This document shows, piece after piece, positions 18,294 to 26,525 of a DNA stretch of 32,233 nt; position 1 is the first letter of the stretch, and every line of letters begins with the position of its first letter. The notes beneath the pieces were generated by a model that was not told the origin of the DNA, did no database searches, and saw nothing but the letters and a program-made list of their open reading frames with translations. The stretch covers positions 1 through 32,233 of the forward strand of contig JAFGSQ010000022.1 of the NCBI GenBank assembly GCA_016934535.1, given 5' to 3'. This DNA comes from a candidate division WOR-3 bacterium. GTDB lineage: Bacteria; SDB-A. Made by a program: the position numbers and the translations under genes.

Positions 18294-19223
18294 GTGAAAG
18301 AAAAACATCAATTAATCATCATCGGCGGAGGCCCCGCCGGATATTGCGCCGCTCTTTACGCGGCGAGGGCTGACATCGGAACTCTCGTCCTCGAAGGCTC
18401 TCTGCCGGGCGGCAGGATAAGCCTGACAGACATCGTTGAAAATTATTCGGGTGTCGCCGGGGGAATCTCGGGTTTCGATCTTTCGCAGGTCATGCGCGAG
18501 CAAGCCTTGTCAGCCGGAGCTGAACTCGTCATGGCGAGCGCGGAAAAAATAGACACGAATGCCGAAAATCTGTTTTCACTTATAACTGACAGCGGAACTG
18601 ATATAAAAGCACAATCGGTTATTATTGCCACAGGAACGACGGACCGGAAGCTTTCAGTTCCCGGCGAAACAGATTTCACGGGAAGAGGAGTTTCTTACTG
18701 TGCCACGTGTGACGGTCCTCTCTTCAGAGGGAAAAAAGTGTCGGTCGTCGGAGGAGGGGATTCAGCGGTAAAAGAGGCTCTGTTTCTCTCCAAGATATGC
18801 GCGGAAGTTATTATTATACACAGACGCGATCAGCTGAGAGCGGAGAAAGTAATACAGAAAAAAGCTTTCGATAAAGAAAACATATCGTTTGAGTGGGATT
18901 CAGTAGTAACCGGGATTAAAGGCGACAAAAAAGTCAATTCAGTTCAGGTAAAAAACGTAAAAACTTCTCGGGAAAAAGAAATTTCAACGGACGGAGTTTT
19001 CGTATTGGTCGGTTCAGTTCCTAACACATCTCTTTTCAAGGACATGAGAATTCTTGACGAGAGAGGCTACGTCCTGACGGACGATGAGATGAAGACAAAA
19101 ATCTCCGGTCTTTTCGCGGCAGGCGACGTCAGAAAAAAAATTCTTCGCCAGGTTGCGACTGCCGTCGGAGACGGTGCGATAGCCGCCTTTTCTGTCCAGG
19201 AATTTCTTGAAAATCAAACATAA
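18294..19223 (+). CDS. trxB: Thioredoxin-disulfide reductase
   Basis: IIGGGPAG, GRGVSYCATCDG (CxxC), VGGGDSA, HRRDQLRA, GLFAAGDV, QVATAVGDG. Likely GTG start at 18294. Confidence 0.96.
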   Translation: MKEKHQLIIIGGGPAGYCAALYAARADIGTLVLEGSLPGGRISLTDIVENYSGVAGGISGFDLSQVMREQALSAGAELVMASAEKIDTNAENLFSLITDSGTDIKAQSVIIATGTTDRKLSVPGETDFTGRGVSYCATCDGPLFRGKKVSVVGGGDSAVKEALFLSKICAEVIIIHRRDQLRAEKVIQKKAFDKENISFEWDSVVTGIKGDKKVNSVQVKNVKTSREKEISTDGVFVLVGSVPNTSLFKDMRILDERGYVLTDDEMKTKISGLFAAGDVRKKILRQVATAVGDGAIAAFSVQEFLENQT

Positions 19224-19325
19224 ATAAAGACTGAAACTGGCACTCCGGCAATCTTTCCGTAACCGGTTCTTTTCATTATGTGCTTAAGTCAGGATTCAGC
19301 AGGATTTTTATTATATAACATCTTA

Positions 19326-20903
19326 TTATCTGTGCATTTTCTGAGCAGACGATTTGAGAGTCCTGCTTATAATCTCTTCTATTTTTCCCAGGACGTTTAT
19401 CATGTTGAACGGATTGTAAATATTTGTCGGAAGGTAATTGAAAGTGTATCCGATGTCTTTTGACAGGATCGAGGACATGTATATGTTTTGAGCCGCTTTG
19501 TAACCCAGGGCGTATCTTACCAGTCTTTCATCCTTGCCTATATATTCATTTCTGTAAAAATTGACAATCTCTATATCCGTGAAATAGCTTTCTAGAATCT
19601 CCTTCCCGAGCAGCATCAGCTCGTTGACCCCTTTTATGTTTTTTTCAGTGGGTTTTTCCAGATATTCCTGCGCTTTTTCAATGGATTCAATTATAAGTTT
19701 TTCCCTTTCGAGTTTCTTCTTTTCCATGGCTTTTCCGCCGAGTTCTTCGATTATTTCTCTCAGGTTATCGTCGAGCATTATCACATTGAAATCCACTATC
19801 TCGTCTATGTAAATGGCGACTTCGCCGAAATCTATTATGGGCTCCTTCTTTTCTTTTTCGTATTTGTCGACGTCAGGATTGGTTATTATTTCACGGACGA
19901 GGTCGAGGGCTTTTTCATATATGTAAAACTTGAATTCTGAAATTGATATCTTGTCCGTAGCGGCGAGAATTTCTTTGTCGGAACTGCCTAACACTTTCAG
20001 AATGTTGAATATTTCCTTGATGATCTCGATTTTTGCCTGTATTGGATAGATTGCCGAACCTCTTTCCGTGTCGGATTCTGCCGTGAACATCTCTTTTTTG
20101 TCGTCGTCTCTGTTCGTGAAAATCTCGTTCGACAATTTTTCCAGAGAGCTCATTTCCATGTTTGTCAATTTAGAGAGAGATTCTTTCTGGTATCTCATTT
20201 TTTTTATCGTGTATTCGATTTTGTCGTCTATCGAATAAAGCATTTTTTTTGATTTTGGAATGTAACGGTTGATTTCTTCGATAAGCCTGTTCGATCGTAT
20301 TTCGCAATTAGACAAATCGTTTTCCACGAGGTCGGCTCTGTCTTCTTTTTTCGCTATGCTTTCGAGATATTTCAGGAAATTCTCCCTGTCGGATTTACCG
20401 TATCCCAGCTTGATGAGATATGCCTGAAATATGGTCCAGAAACCGGCTATTAGGGCGTAAGCGCTTTTAAGTTTGGATTCGTTCTGTTCGAGAATGCTGA
20501 CATTTTCGTCAAAAAGAAGACCGAGCATGTAAGGTACTATGCTGTCCAGGTGAAGCTTGTCCGTGGTAATGTGATCGAAACTTATTTCGAGATCTTTCTG
20601 TATCCTTTCGAGCAAAGCCGTATTTTTCTCAATCTGGTCGTCGAAAAGAATCACGTTTATTTTTCCCGAAGAGACAGCGGCGTTAAGGCAGACATCTATC
20701 GTGTCCTTGACTATCCTTTTCATTCTCGGAGAATTGTTTTTAACTATGTTCGTCGTAAGCTTCTGAAGACTCAGAATGTACGCGACCCCCATGCCTCTTT
20801 CTATGGCAGGGTCAATGTTTATTATATCTTTCGGGTCAATTTTGGAAAGTTCGGACATTTTTTTCAACTTTCCTTTTTGAATCTCACTTTTGGGTTTTTC
20901 CAT
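19326..20903 (-). CDS. Hypothetical all-alpha, Lys/Glu/Ile-rich protein
   Basis: 525-codon ORF with GAGG RBS and an upstream TTTTCA-17-TATAAT. No motif recognised. Confidence 0.75.
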   Translation of the reverse strand: MEKPKSEIQKGKLKKMSELSKIDPKDIINIDPAIERGMGVAYILSLQKLTTNIVKNNSPRMKRIVKDTIDVCLNAAVSSGKINVILFDDQIEKNTALLERIQKDLEISFDHITTDKLHLDSIVPYMLGLLFDENVSILEQNESKLKSAYALIAGFWTIFQAYLIKLGYGKSDRENFLKYLESIAKKEDRADLVENDLSNCEIRSNRLIEEINRYIPKSKKMLYSIDDKIEYTIKKMRYQKESLSKLTNMEMSSLEKLSNEIFTNRDDDKKEMFTAESDTERGSAIYPIQAKIEIIKEIFNILKVLGSSDKEILAATDKISISEFKFYIYEKALDLVREIITNPDVDKYEKEKKEPIIDFGEVAIYIDEIVDFNVIMLDDNLREIIEELGGKAMEKKKLEREKLIIESIEKAQEYLEKPTEKNIKGVNELMLLGKEILESYFTDIEIVNFYRNEYIGKDERLVRYALGYKAAQNIYMSSILSKDIGYTFNYLPTNIYNPFNMINVLGKIEEIISRTLKSSAQKMHR

Positions 20904-20925
20904 TAGCGCCTCTTTTTTTTATTAT

Positions 20926-20959
20926 TCATTATAATGACTATAACGGCTTTTGAAAAGCC
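20926..20959. promoter_or_regulatory. Two perfect palindromes in a divergent promoter region
   Basis: TCATTATAATGA (20926-20937, TATAAT on both strands) and GGCTTTT-G-AAAAGCC (20945-20959). Confidence 0.5.
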
Positions 20960-21009
20960 TTTGACAACATTTCTCGCTTTTGACGCAGATTTATTTTATC
21001 ATATCAACG

Positions 21010-21681
21010 ATGGCTGTAAACATTCTTGGTCCGGGCCCCGTAAAATTCTTCACCGAGGCTTATTATCTGACGGTAAGAACAACCGATTCGGCTTTTTTTT
21101 TCGACTTGCTTTATTCGGCAATGAACGACCCTTTTAAAACTGAAAAATCGGATTACGAAAAAGAGAAGATTTCCAAAGTAATCGATATAATCGGAAAGTC
21201 AGGATTCGAAAACGCACTCGACGTCGGATGCGGCACAGGCTCATTCACATCTTCTCTGCTGAGAGTCGCGAAAAAAGTCACAGGCATTGACATTTCGGTT
21301 AAAGCGGTACGGGAAGCAGGGAAAAAGTTCGAAAATGAAAAACGGCTCGAATTCAAAAGAGCCGACGTTTGTTCATTTTCAACTGACGCAAAATTCGACC
21401 TTTTTTTCTGCTCCGAAGTCTTGTATTACCTTTCCCCCGAAGAATTGAATAAAACGTGCTTAAAGATCAAAGAGCTCTCATTGAAAAACTCTTGCATTGT
21501 GTTCGTGGGAAGAGCAGACGATGATTACGTCAACATTCGGCTCCGTGATTTTTTCAAACCGGTAATAAAAGAGACGATTCAGGCTTCCTTCCCTCTCTAC
21601 TTTCTTCCCCGGGTGAGAATTTCAAGACCATACGGAGTTTTTGTATACCACAATAAAATAACGGAGAATGAAAAATCATGA
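21010..21681 (+). CDS. Class I SAM-dependent methyltransferase, NodS-like
   Basis: FFDLLY...DPF....SDYEKEK, ALDVGCGTG, VTGIDIS..AV, FDLFFCSEVLYYL. Start 21010 is favoured by a TATCAT box 7 nt upstream (alternative TTG 20980). Confidence 0.82.
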   Translation: MAVNILGPGPVKFFTEAYYLTVRTTDSAFFFDLLYSAMNDPFKTEKSDYEKEKISKVIDIIGKSGFENALDVGCGTGSFTSSLLRVAKKVTGIDISVKAVREAGKKFENEKRLEFKRADVCSFSTDAKFDLFFCSEVLYYLSPEELNKTCLKIKELSLKNSCIVFVGRADDDYVNIRLRDFFKPVIKETIQASFPLYFLPRVRISRPYGVFVYHNKITENEKS

Positions 21682-22814
21682 TGGACAAAGATGTATTCAA
21701 ATGCCCGAACTGCGGAGCCCCACTCGATCCCGAAAAGGTAAAAGGAAAATACAAATGTCCTTACTGTCTGACTTATCTGCAAATTAAAAACAAAAACAGG
21801 GAATATGACCACGAAATTACCTTCGACTCAAAATCCATGCAAAACATTACAAGCTCCTTTTCTTCCATAGAAGTCGTACCGGTTAAAAAAACAGCCGTAT
21901 CTTTGGCCGTGATAGCGCTCAGCATTATCATTTTGATGACCTCCGGTATATTTCTGCTTTTTCATAATGTCAAATCTTCAAAAACCTTCAGTGAAAACAG
22001 AGAAATAGCAAAAGAGCTCGAGTTCGGATCCGAAGGGACCGGACCGGGTTATTTCCAGGACGTCAGGCTGGTATTGACAACTTATGACGGACATATTGTA
22101 ACTTGCGAGTACGAAGACGGAAGAATACAGGTTTTCGATTCTTCTATGAATTTTTTGAGACAATGGAAGACAGGCCGCAAAACATACGTTCAGTCATTTT
22201 CAATTGACAACTCCGGAAAGCTTTTTGCAGTGGTGCAAGGAGACGTTTTCTCATACGATATTGCTGACGGCACCCTGATAGATTCAATTCCGAAAAACGT
22301 TTTATCAACGCATTACTTCTCTGAGGTGGCGGTGTGCGCAGACGGATACATATACGTTATCTACGAAAGCGAGAATTTGGCGAAAGTGGATAAAAACAAA
22401 AACGTCGTCTGGACAATCCAAAATGCCGTGTCTTCTCACTCGGACGATTCCGAACTCGATTGCCACCTGGCGGTTGACGGATCTGGATATGTCTACATTC
22501 TGGGAACATTCAACTGCTCGGTTTTCAGATTCTCGCCGGAAGGCAAGTTTCTGAACAGGATAGGTTCGGAAGGGAACGATCCTGGGTCTATAAGCTTCGC
22601 TTCGACTTCAATCGCTGTGGACAATCAATCGAACATCTACGTATCCGACAACGACGGAATTGAAGTGTTCAGCAAGGACGGTAAATTCCTGACTCACCTT
22701 TCGGCAGAAGCGCCCAATTACAGCATGCACATAGACAAAAACAATTGCCTTTTCACGGCCAACGGGGACAGAATAGTCAAATATACACTTAGACCGGAGA
22801 TTTTCGGCAACTGA
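21678..22814 (+). CDS. Zinc-ribbon + single TM + NHL/beta-propeller protein
   Basis: N-terminal CPNCG...CPYC, TM AVSLAVIALSIIILMTSGIFLLF, then FGSEGTGPG.F, RIQVFD, AVDGSGYVY, IAVDNQSNIYVSD. ATGA overlap with the methyltransferase gene. Confidence 0.82.
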   Translation: MMDKDVFKCPNCGAPLDPEKVKGKYKCPYCLTYLQIKNKNREYDHEITFDSKSMQNITSSFSSIEVVPVKKTAVSLAVIALSIIILMTSGIFLLFHNVKSSKTFSENREIAKELEFGSEGTGPGYFQDVRLVLTTYDGHIVTCEYEDGRIQVFDSSMNFLRQWKTGRKTYVQSFSIDNSGKLFAVVQGDVFSYDIADGTLIDSIPKNVLSTHYFSEVAVCADGYIYVIYESENLAKVDKNKNVVWTIQNAVSSHSDDSELDCHLAVDGSGYVYILGTFNCSVFRFSPEGKFLNRIGSEGNDPGSISFASTSIAVDNQSNIYVSDNDGIEVFSKDGKFLTHLSAEAPNYSMHIDKNNCLFTANGDRIVKYTLRPEIFGN

Positions 22815-22824
22815 ATTTATTCGT

Positions 22825-24018
22825 ATGTCAAATTCCGCAATATTCGTAATCAACTATTGTCTTTTATTTTTTTCATCACTTTTGCAACTATCAGAATCAG
22901 ATTTTTATTCGAGATTTCTACCAAAAAGAATCTCCGTTGTATTCGTCGGTGACATAATGGTTCACGACGAACAACTGAAAGGCGCTTTCGACGGATATGC
23001 CGGTAATTATTCGTTCACCGGAAGTTTCGAGGATGTTCGCGAAATCCTGATTCAGTCAAACTTGACTGTTGGCAATCTCGAAACGACGCTTTCCGGTGAA
23101 GACAATATCTTTTCAGGCTATCCGCTTTTCAACTCTCCCGACGAGCTCGCCTTTGCTCTGAAAGAAACCGGTTTTGACCTTCTGACGACCGCCAACAATC
23201 ACTGCCTCGACAGAGGCGAATATGGACTCCGAAGAACTTTGAGAGTACTCGACAGCCTTCAAATACGCCACACGGGAACATTCGCCGATTCGAGTGAAAA
23301 GAAATTCACTGTTGTCAGCGTCAACGGAATTGAAATCGCATTCCTTTCATACACTTACGGCACAAACGGCCTCTCTCTGCCAGGTAATAGCACCTGTTTT
23401 GTAAATTATATAGACGCGGAAAAAATACACGCGGACATTTCGGAAGCGAAAAATGAGGGAACAAATTTTACAGTAGTCGTACTGCATTACGGCACTGAAT
23501 ATGCTTTGCGCCCTTCACCCGGGCAAAAATCTTTCTTCGACACGATAGTTACTTTCGGAGCCGACGCGGTCATAGGGATGCATCCTCACGTCGTCCAGCC
23601 CTTTGAGTGGTTGGACCGATCTGACAGGGAACATGCCTCCGGTCACGCGTTTTGCGCTTACTCCCTCGGAAACTTCATTTCATCGCAGAGGACGGTTCCT
23701 CGGGACGCGGGAATAATCCTTAAGTTAGATATAGTTATGTATTTTTCGGGAAAGACAAAAATCTCTAAAGTGTCTTTCCTTCCGACTTATGTTCAATTCA
23801 AGCCTTCCGGCGGGAAATACGAAGTCCTGATAAAAGATGCCGTCAAAGCTTTGTCTCTCTTTATCTCGGGGGAAACGGCAGAATTTTCTCCATACGACAC
23901 AAGGCGCATAACAGCTATCGCACAATCTTTAAGCGTTCACGTCGGAAGCATGTCTGAAGCCGATTCCTGCGCTTTTGACTCGACTCAGGGAATGTTCGTT
24001 TTTCCATGGATCAACTGA
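22825..24018 (+). CDS. CapA/PgsA family metallophosphoesterase-fold protein
   Basis: VGDIM.H, VGNLET, GYPLFNSP, TANNHCLDRG, LHYGTEY, GMHPHVVQ, AYSLGNFIS. Confidence 0.92.
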   Translation: MSNSAIFVINYCLLFFSSLLQLSESDFYSRFLPKRISVVFVGDIMVHDEQLKGAFDGYAGNYSFTGSFEDVREILIQSNLTVGNLETTLSGEDNIFSGYPLFNSPDELAFALKETGFDLLTTANNHCLDRGEYGLRRTLRVLDSLQIRHTGTFADSSEKKFTVVSVNGIEIAFLSYTYGTNGLSLPGNSTCFVNYIDAEKIHADISEAKNEGTNFTVVVLHYGTEYALRPSPGQKSFFDTIVTFGADAVIGMHPHVVQPFEWLDRSDREHASGHAFCAYSLGNFISSQRTVPRDAGIILKLDIVMYFSGKTKISKVSFLPTYVQFKPSGGKYEVLIKDAVKALSLFISGETAEFSPYDTRRITAIAQSLSVHVGSMSEADSCAFDSTQGMFVFPWIN

Positions 24019-24029
24019 CAGGGAACAAA

Positions 24030-24803
24030 TTATTTTCTTCGTTCTATGACAGCGTAGGCGGAATGATTATGAATACTCTCCATGCTTTCGCATTCGGCGC
24101 GGAACCAAAGTGTTCTTTTATCGTCTAAAAGTTCTTTGGCAATGCCTCTGACCACGTCTTCGACAAAACGCGGCCTGTCGAAAGCATTTTCCGTGACAAA
24201 TTTTTCGTCTTCCCTTTTGAGCAGGGAAAAAACCGGCCCGCTCGAGTTGCGTTCAGCCAATTCGACAAGTTCTTCTATCCAGATGAAATCGTTGTATCTC
24301 ACCTGAATTCTAACAGCCGCCCTTTGATTGTGAGCTCCCCTGGCGGATATCTCCTTGGAACAGGGGCAAAGCGTCATCACCGGGACTTTCACTTCGAGAA
24401 CAAAATCATCTTTTCCACCCGTCGCCGCGCGAAAACAACAGTCGTAGTCCATCAAACTCTCTATTTTGCTGACGGGAGCCTTCTTTTTTATGAAGTATTT
24501 AAATCCGACTTCCATCAACGCTTTTTCAGCCTCGAGACCTTCTTTTACATGTTTTAATATCTCTCCCATGTTGAGCATTGAAAATTCTTTTTGATACGAG
24601 TGCAGGACGCTGACGAACCTGCTCATGTGAGTTCCCCTGTAATGTTTCGGCAGTTCGACGAACATCGAGATTCTGGCAATGGTCTGCTGTTTTGTGTTTG
24701 CCCTGTCTTCGACCGAAATCGGGAAAAAGATGTCTTTTACGCCGACTGAATCGACGTCTATTCCGTGCTCGGGCTCGTCGTTCTGAATATCCGGCATGCT
24801 CAA
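24030..24803 (-). CDS. folE2: GTP cyclohydrolase IB (FolE2)
   Basis: MPDIQ, VGVK, RGTHMSRF, TLCPCSKEIS..GAHNQR, LLKREDEK.VTE, PRFVEDVVR, ESIHNHSAYA. Confidence 0.96.
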   Translation of the reverse strand: MSMPDIQNDEPEHGIDVDSVGVKDIFFPISVEDRANTKQQTIARISMFVELPKHYRGTHMSRFVSVLHSYQKEFSMLNMGEILKHVKEGLEAEKALMEVGFKYFIKKKAPVSKIESLMDYDCCFRAATGGKDDFVLEVKVPVMTLCPCSKEISARGAHNQRAAVRIQVRYNDFIWIEELVELAERNSSGPVFSLLKREDEKFVTENAFDRPRFVEDVVRGIAKELLDDKRTLWFRAECESMESIHNHSAYAVIERRK

Positions 24804-24804
24804 T

Positions 24805-25170
24805 TCATTCGCCTTTGTATGAACAGCGGGAACTGTCGCTTTCCCAGACAGTTATCTCAAAGAGCTGGGGTAAAACCGGCTTTAAACTGTTCCAAAGCCA
24901 AATAACGAGATTTTCACTCGTTCCGGATTCGACGCCTTCAATTTCGTTGAGAAATTTATGATCTATTTTTTTTATTGTCGGATTGACAATATCTTTAATG
25001 TCACCGAAATCCATGAGCCATCCCTTGTCGGGATCTACCTCGCCCTTGACACTGACTTCTATCCTGAATGAGTGACCGTGAATTGAACTGCACTTGTGCT
25101 CCTTGGTCAATCCCGCAATTTTGTGAGCGGCGTCAGCCCTGAAAGTTCTCGTCAAAATCACTGTTTTCAT
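24805..25170 (-). CDS. queD: 6-carboxy-5,6,7,8-tetrahydropterin synthase
   Basis: F.ADAAH, KCSSIHGHS, GWLMDFGD, DHKFLNEI, TSENL..W, VWES. Confidence 0.93.
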   Translation of the reverse strand: MKTVILTRTFRADAAHKIAGLTKEHKCSSIHGHSFRIEVSVKGEVDPDKGWLMDFGDIKDIVNPTIKKIDHKFLNEIEGVESGTSENLVIWLWNSLKPVLPQLFEITVWESDSSRCSYKGE

Positions 25171-25177
25171 GTTTTGA

Positions 25178-25207
25178 ATTATATTGCTTTTTAGTGCCTG
25201 ACATCAA
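25178..25207 (-). promoter_or_regulatory. Sigma70 promoter of queD-folE2 (leaderless-type)
   Basis: TTGATG (25207-25202), 18 nt, TATAAT (25183-25178), 7 nt, ATG (25170). Confidence 0.62.
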
Positions 25208-25218
25208 TAAAATTGTGC

Positions 25219-25246
25219 TTGCATTTTTAAAAAATAGTTATATAAT
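25219..25246 (+). promoter_or_regulatory. Sigma70 promoter for the lipoprotein gene
   Basis: TTGCAT (25219-25224), 16 nt, TATAAT (25241-25246). Confidence 0.5.
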
Positions 25247-25384
25247 GCACGCTTATCAAAAACCGATTGGGTTTCATTTCAGAATGTATCATAGCTTTTC
25301 ATGGTGAAAAGTATGTGTTACATAAGTGTAAGCATGTGAATAATGTGCTTGGAAAAGCGTACATCAACAGGAGGAAAATCAGTT

Positions 25385-25930
25385 ATGAAGAGGAACAGCA
25401 TCGTTCTAACACTCGCTCTGACAGCAATTTTTGCATTATATTTGGGGGCGATATCCTGCAGTCAGAAACCGCAGGAACAGACTGACACGACAGCAGTAGA
25501 CACTACGGTAGTTGACACGACCACCGTGGTTGTCGAGGAAGTATACGTCGAAGTGGGATCATTTATTTTTGCCCGTACGACTACGACCGAATCTTTCCAC
25601 TACGATTCAGCTTACGTCACGGTTTTAACCGAAGACTCAATCACTTTTAATTGGGCCGACTCGTTTGCCAAGGGCGAAACAGGAAGAACCTATCCCAACA
25701 CGAACGCTTATTATTACGTTGTGAAAACCGACGCTACTCCCGAGACTTTTGTCGCCGGAACACCCGTCATGATAGCGCCCAACGGCACAAGTTTCGTGTG
25801 GTACTTCGGCGCCATTTCAGCCGTCGTAGAGACAAATTATGTAGTTGATTACATGATTCCCGGCGTTCCTGAAGTCAAACAGGACACAGTCGGCATGGAT
25901 AAGCTTTTCGCCGCGAAAATGATGGAATAA
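25385..25930 (+). CDS. Lipoprotein with DTTxV linker repeats and tandem Tudor/SH3-like barrels (putative)
   Basis: AGGAGG RBS before ATG 25385. MKRNSIVLTLALTAIFALYLGAIS-C lipobox. Two VGSFIFA/AGTPVMIA...Y.(A/G)..I-type beta units. Confidence 0.75.
   Translation: MKRNSIVLTLALTAIFALYLGAISCSQKPQEQTDTTAVDTTVVDTTTVVVEEVYVEVGSFIFARTTTTESFHYDSAYVTVLTEDSITFNWADSFAKGETGRTYPNTNAYYYVVKTDATPETFVAGTPVMIAPNGTSFVWYFGAISAVVETNYVVDYMIPGVPEVKQDTVGMDKLFAAKMME
25484..25528 (+). repeat. 3 x 15-nt imperfect tandem repeat encoding DTTAV-DTTVV-DTTTV
   Basis: GACACGACAGCAGTA GACACTACGGTAGTT GACACGACCACCGTG. Confidence 0.75.
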
Positions 25931-25954
25931 ACTTTTTTATAAGGCGAATTTTTT

Positions 25955-25977
25955 AGGGCGGCTCCTGCCGCCCTTTT
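25955..25977 (+). terminator. Rho-independent terminator after the lipoprotein gene
   Basis: AGGGCGGC-TCCT-GCCGCCCT hairpin followed by TTT(ATTATTT), between convergent genes. Confidence 0.8.
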
Positions 25978-25978
25978 A

Positions 25979-26491
25979 TTATTTCCACTTGTTCAGGTGT
26001 ATCCTCGAAGGGTCGAATCTCTTTGGCTGTTCGGGTTTTTCGGCCGGATAACCGAGAGCGACTATTCCGAGAGGTTTAATTTTTTCAGGAAGCCTGAAAA
26101 GTTCCGAAATACCTTTCGTCCTGTCTTCTCTCGGATGAACTCCCAGCCACACCGAGCCTATACCGAGAGAATTAGCCGCCAAAAGAATGTTCTGTAGAGC
26201 CGCCGAGCAGTCCTGAGCCCAGTATCCGGCGTTTTCCTGTATGCTCTCGTCGGCGCAGACAACAACGACACAAGGCGCCTCAAGCAGCATTTTCGCGTAT
26301 GGATGAACTCCTGCCATTTTTTCCATAGTATTCCTGTCGTCGACAACTATAAAATGCCACGGTCTCAGATTTCTCGCCGAAGGTGCGAACATAGCTGCTT
26401 TCATTATTTTGTCCAAGTCTTCCTTTGAAATCTCTTTTTTTATATATTTTCTGATGCTACGCCTGGTCAGGATGCATTCCATCGCTTCCAT
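25979..26491 (-). CDS. Nitroreductase family protein
   Basis: ILTRRSIRKY, AAMFAPSARN.RPWHFIVV, QDCSAALQNILLAA..LGIGSVWLG, ALGYP. AGGAGG RBS before ATG 26491. Confidence 0.93.
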   Translation of the reverse strand: MEAMECILTRRSIRKYIKKEISKEDLDKIMKAAMFAPSARNLRPWHFIVVDDRNTMEKMAGVHPYAKMLLEAPCVVVVCADESIQENAGYWAQDCSAALQNILLAANSLGIGSVWLGVHPREDRTKGISELFRLPEKIKPLGIVALGYPAEKPEQPKRFDPSRIHLNKWK

Positions 26492-26525
26492 AAACCCTCC
26501 TGAAGTTAAATCGTAAAAGTTATTT

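Noticed and set aside
19224-19325. Terminator or small RNA between convergent trxB and the orphan gene
   Set aside because: Only a weak CCGG...CCGG pairing; no convincing hairpin with a U-tract.
21010-24018. Nodulation-factor or poly-gamma-glutamate capsule biosynthesis
   Set aside because: No nodABC or capB/capC in the window; the family names alone do not imply those pathways.
25171-25266. preQ1 riboswitch upstream of queD
   Set aside because: No preQ1-like stem/A-rich tail seen, and the predicted promoter leaves no leader to hold one.
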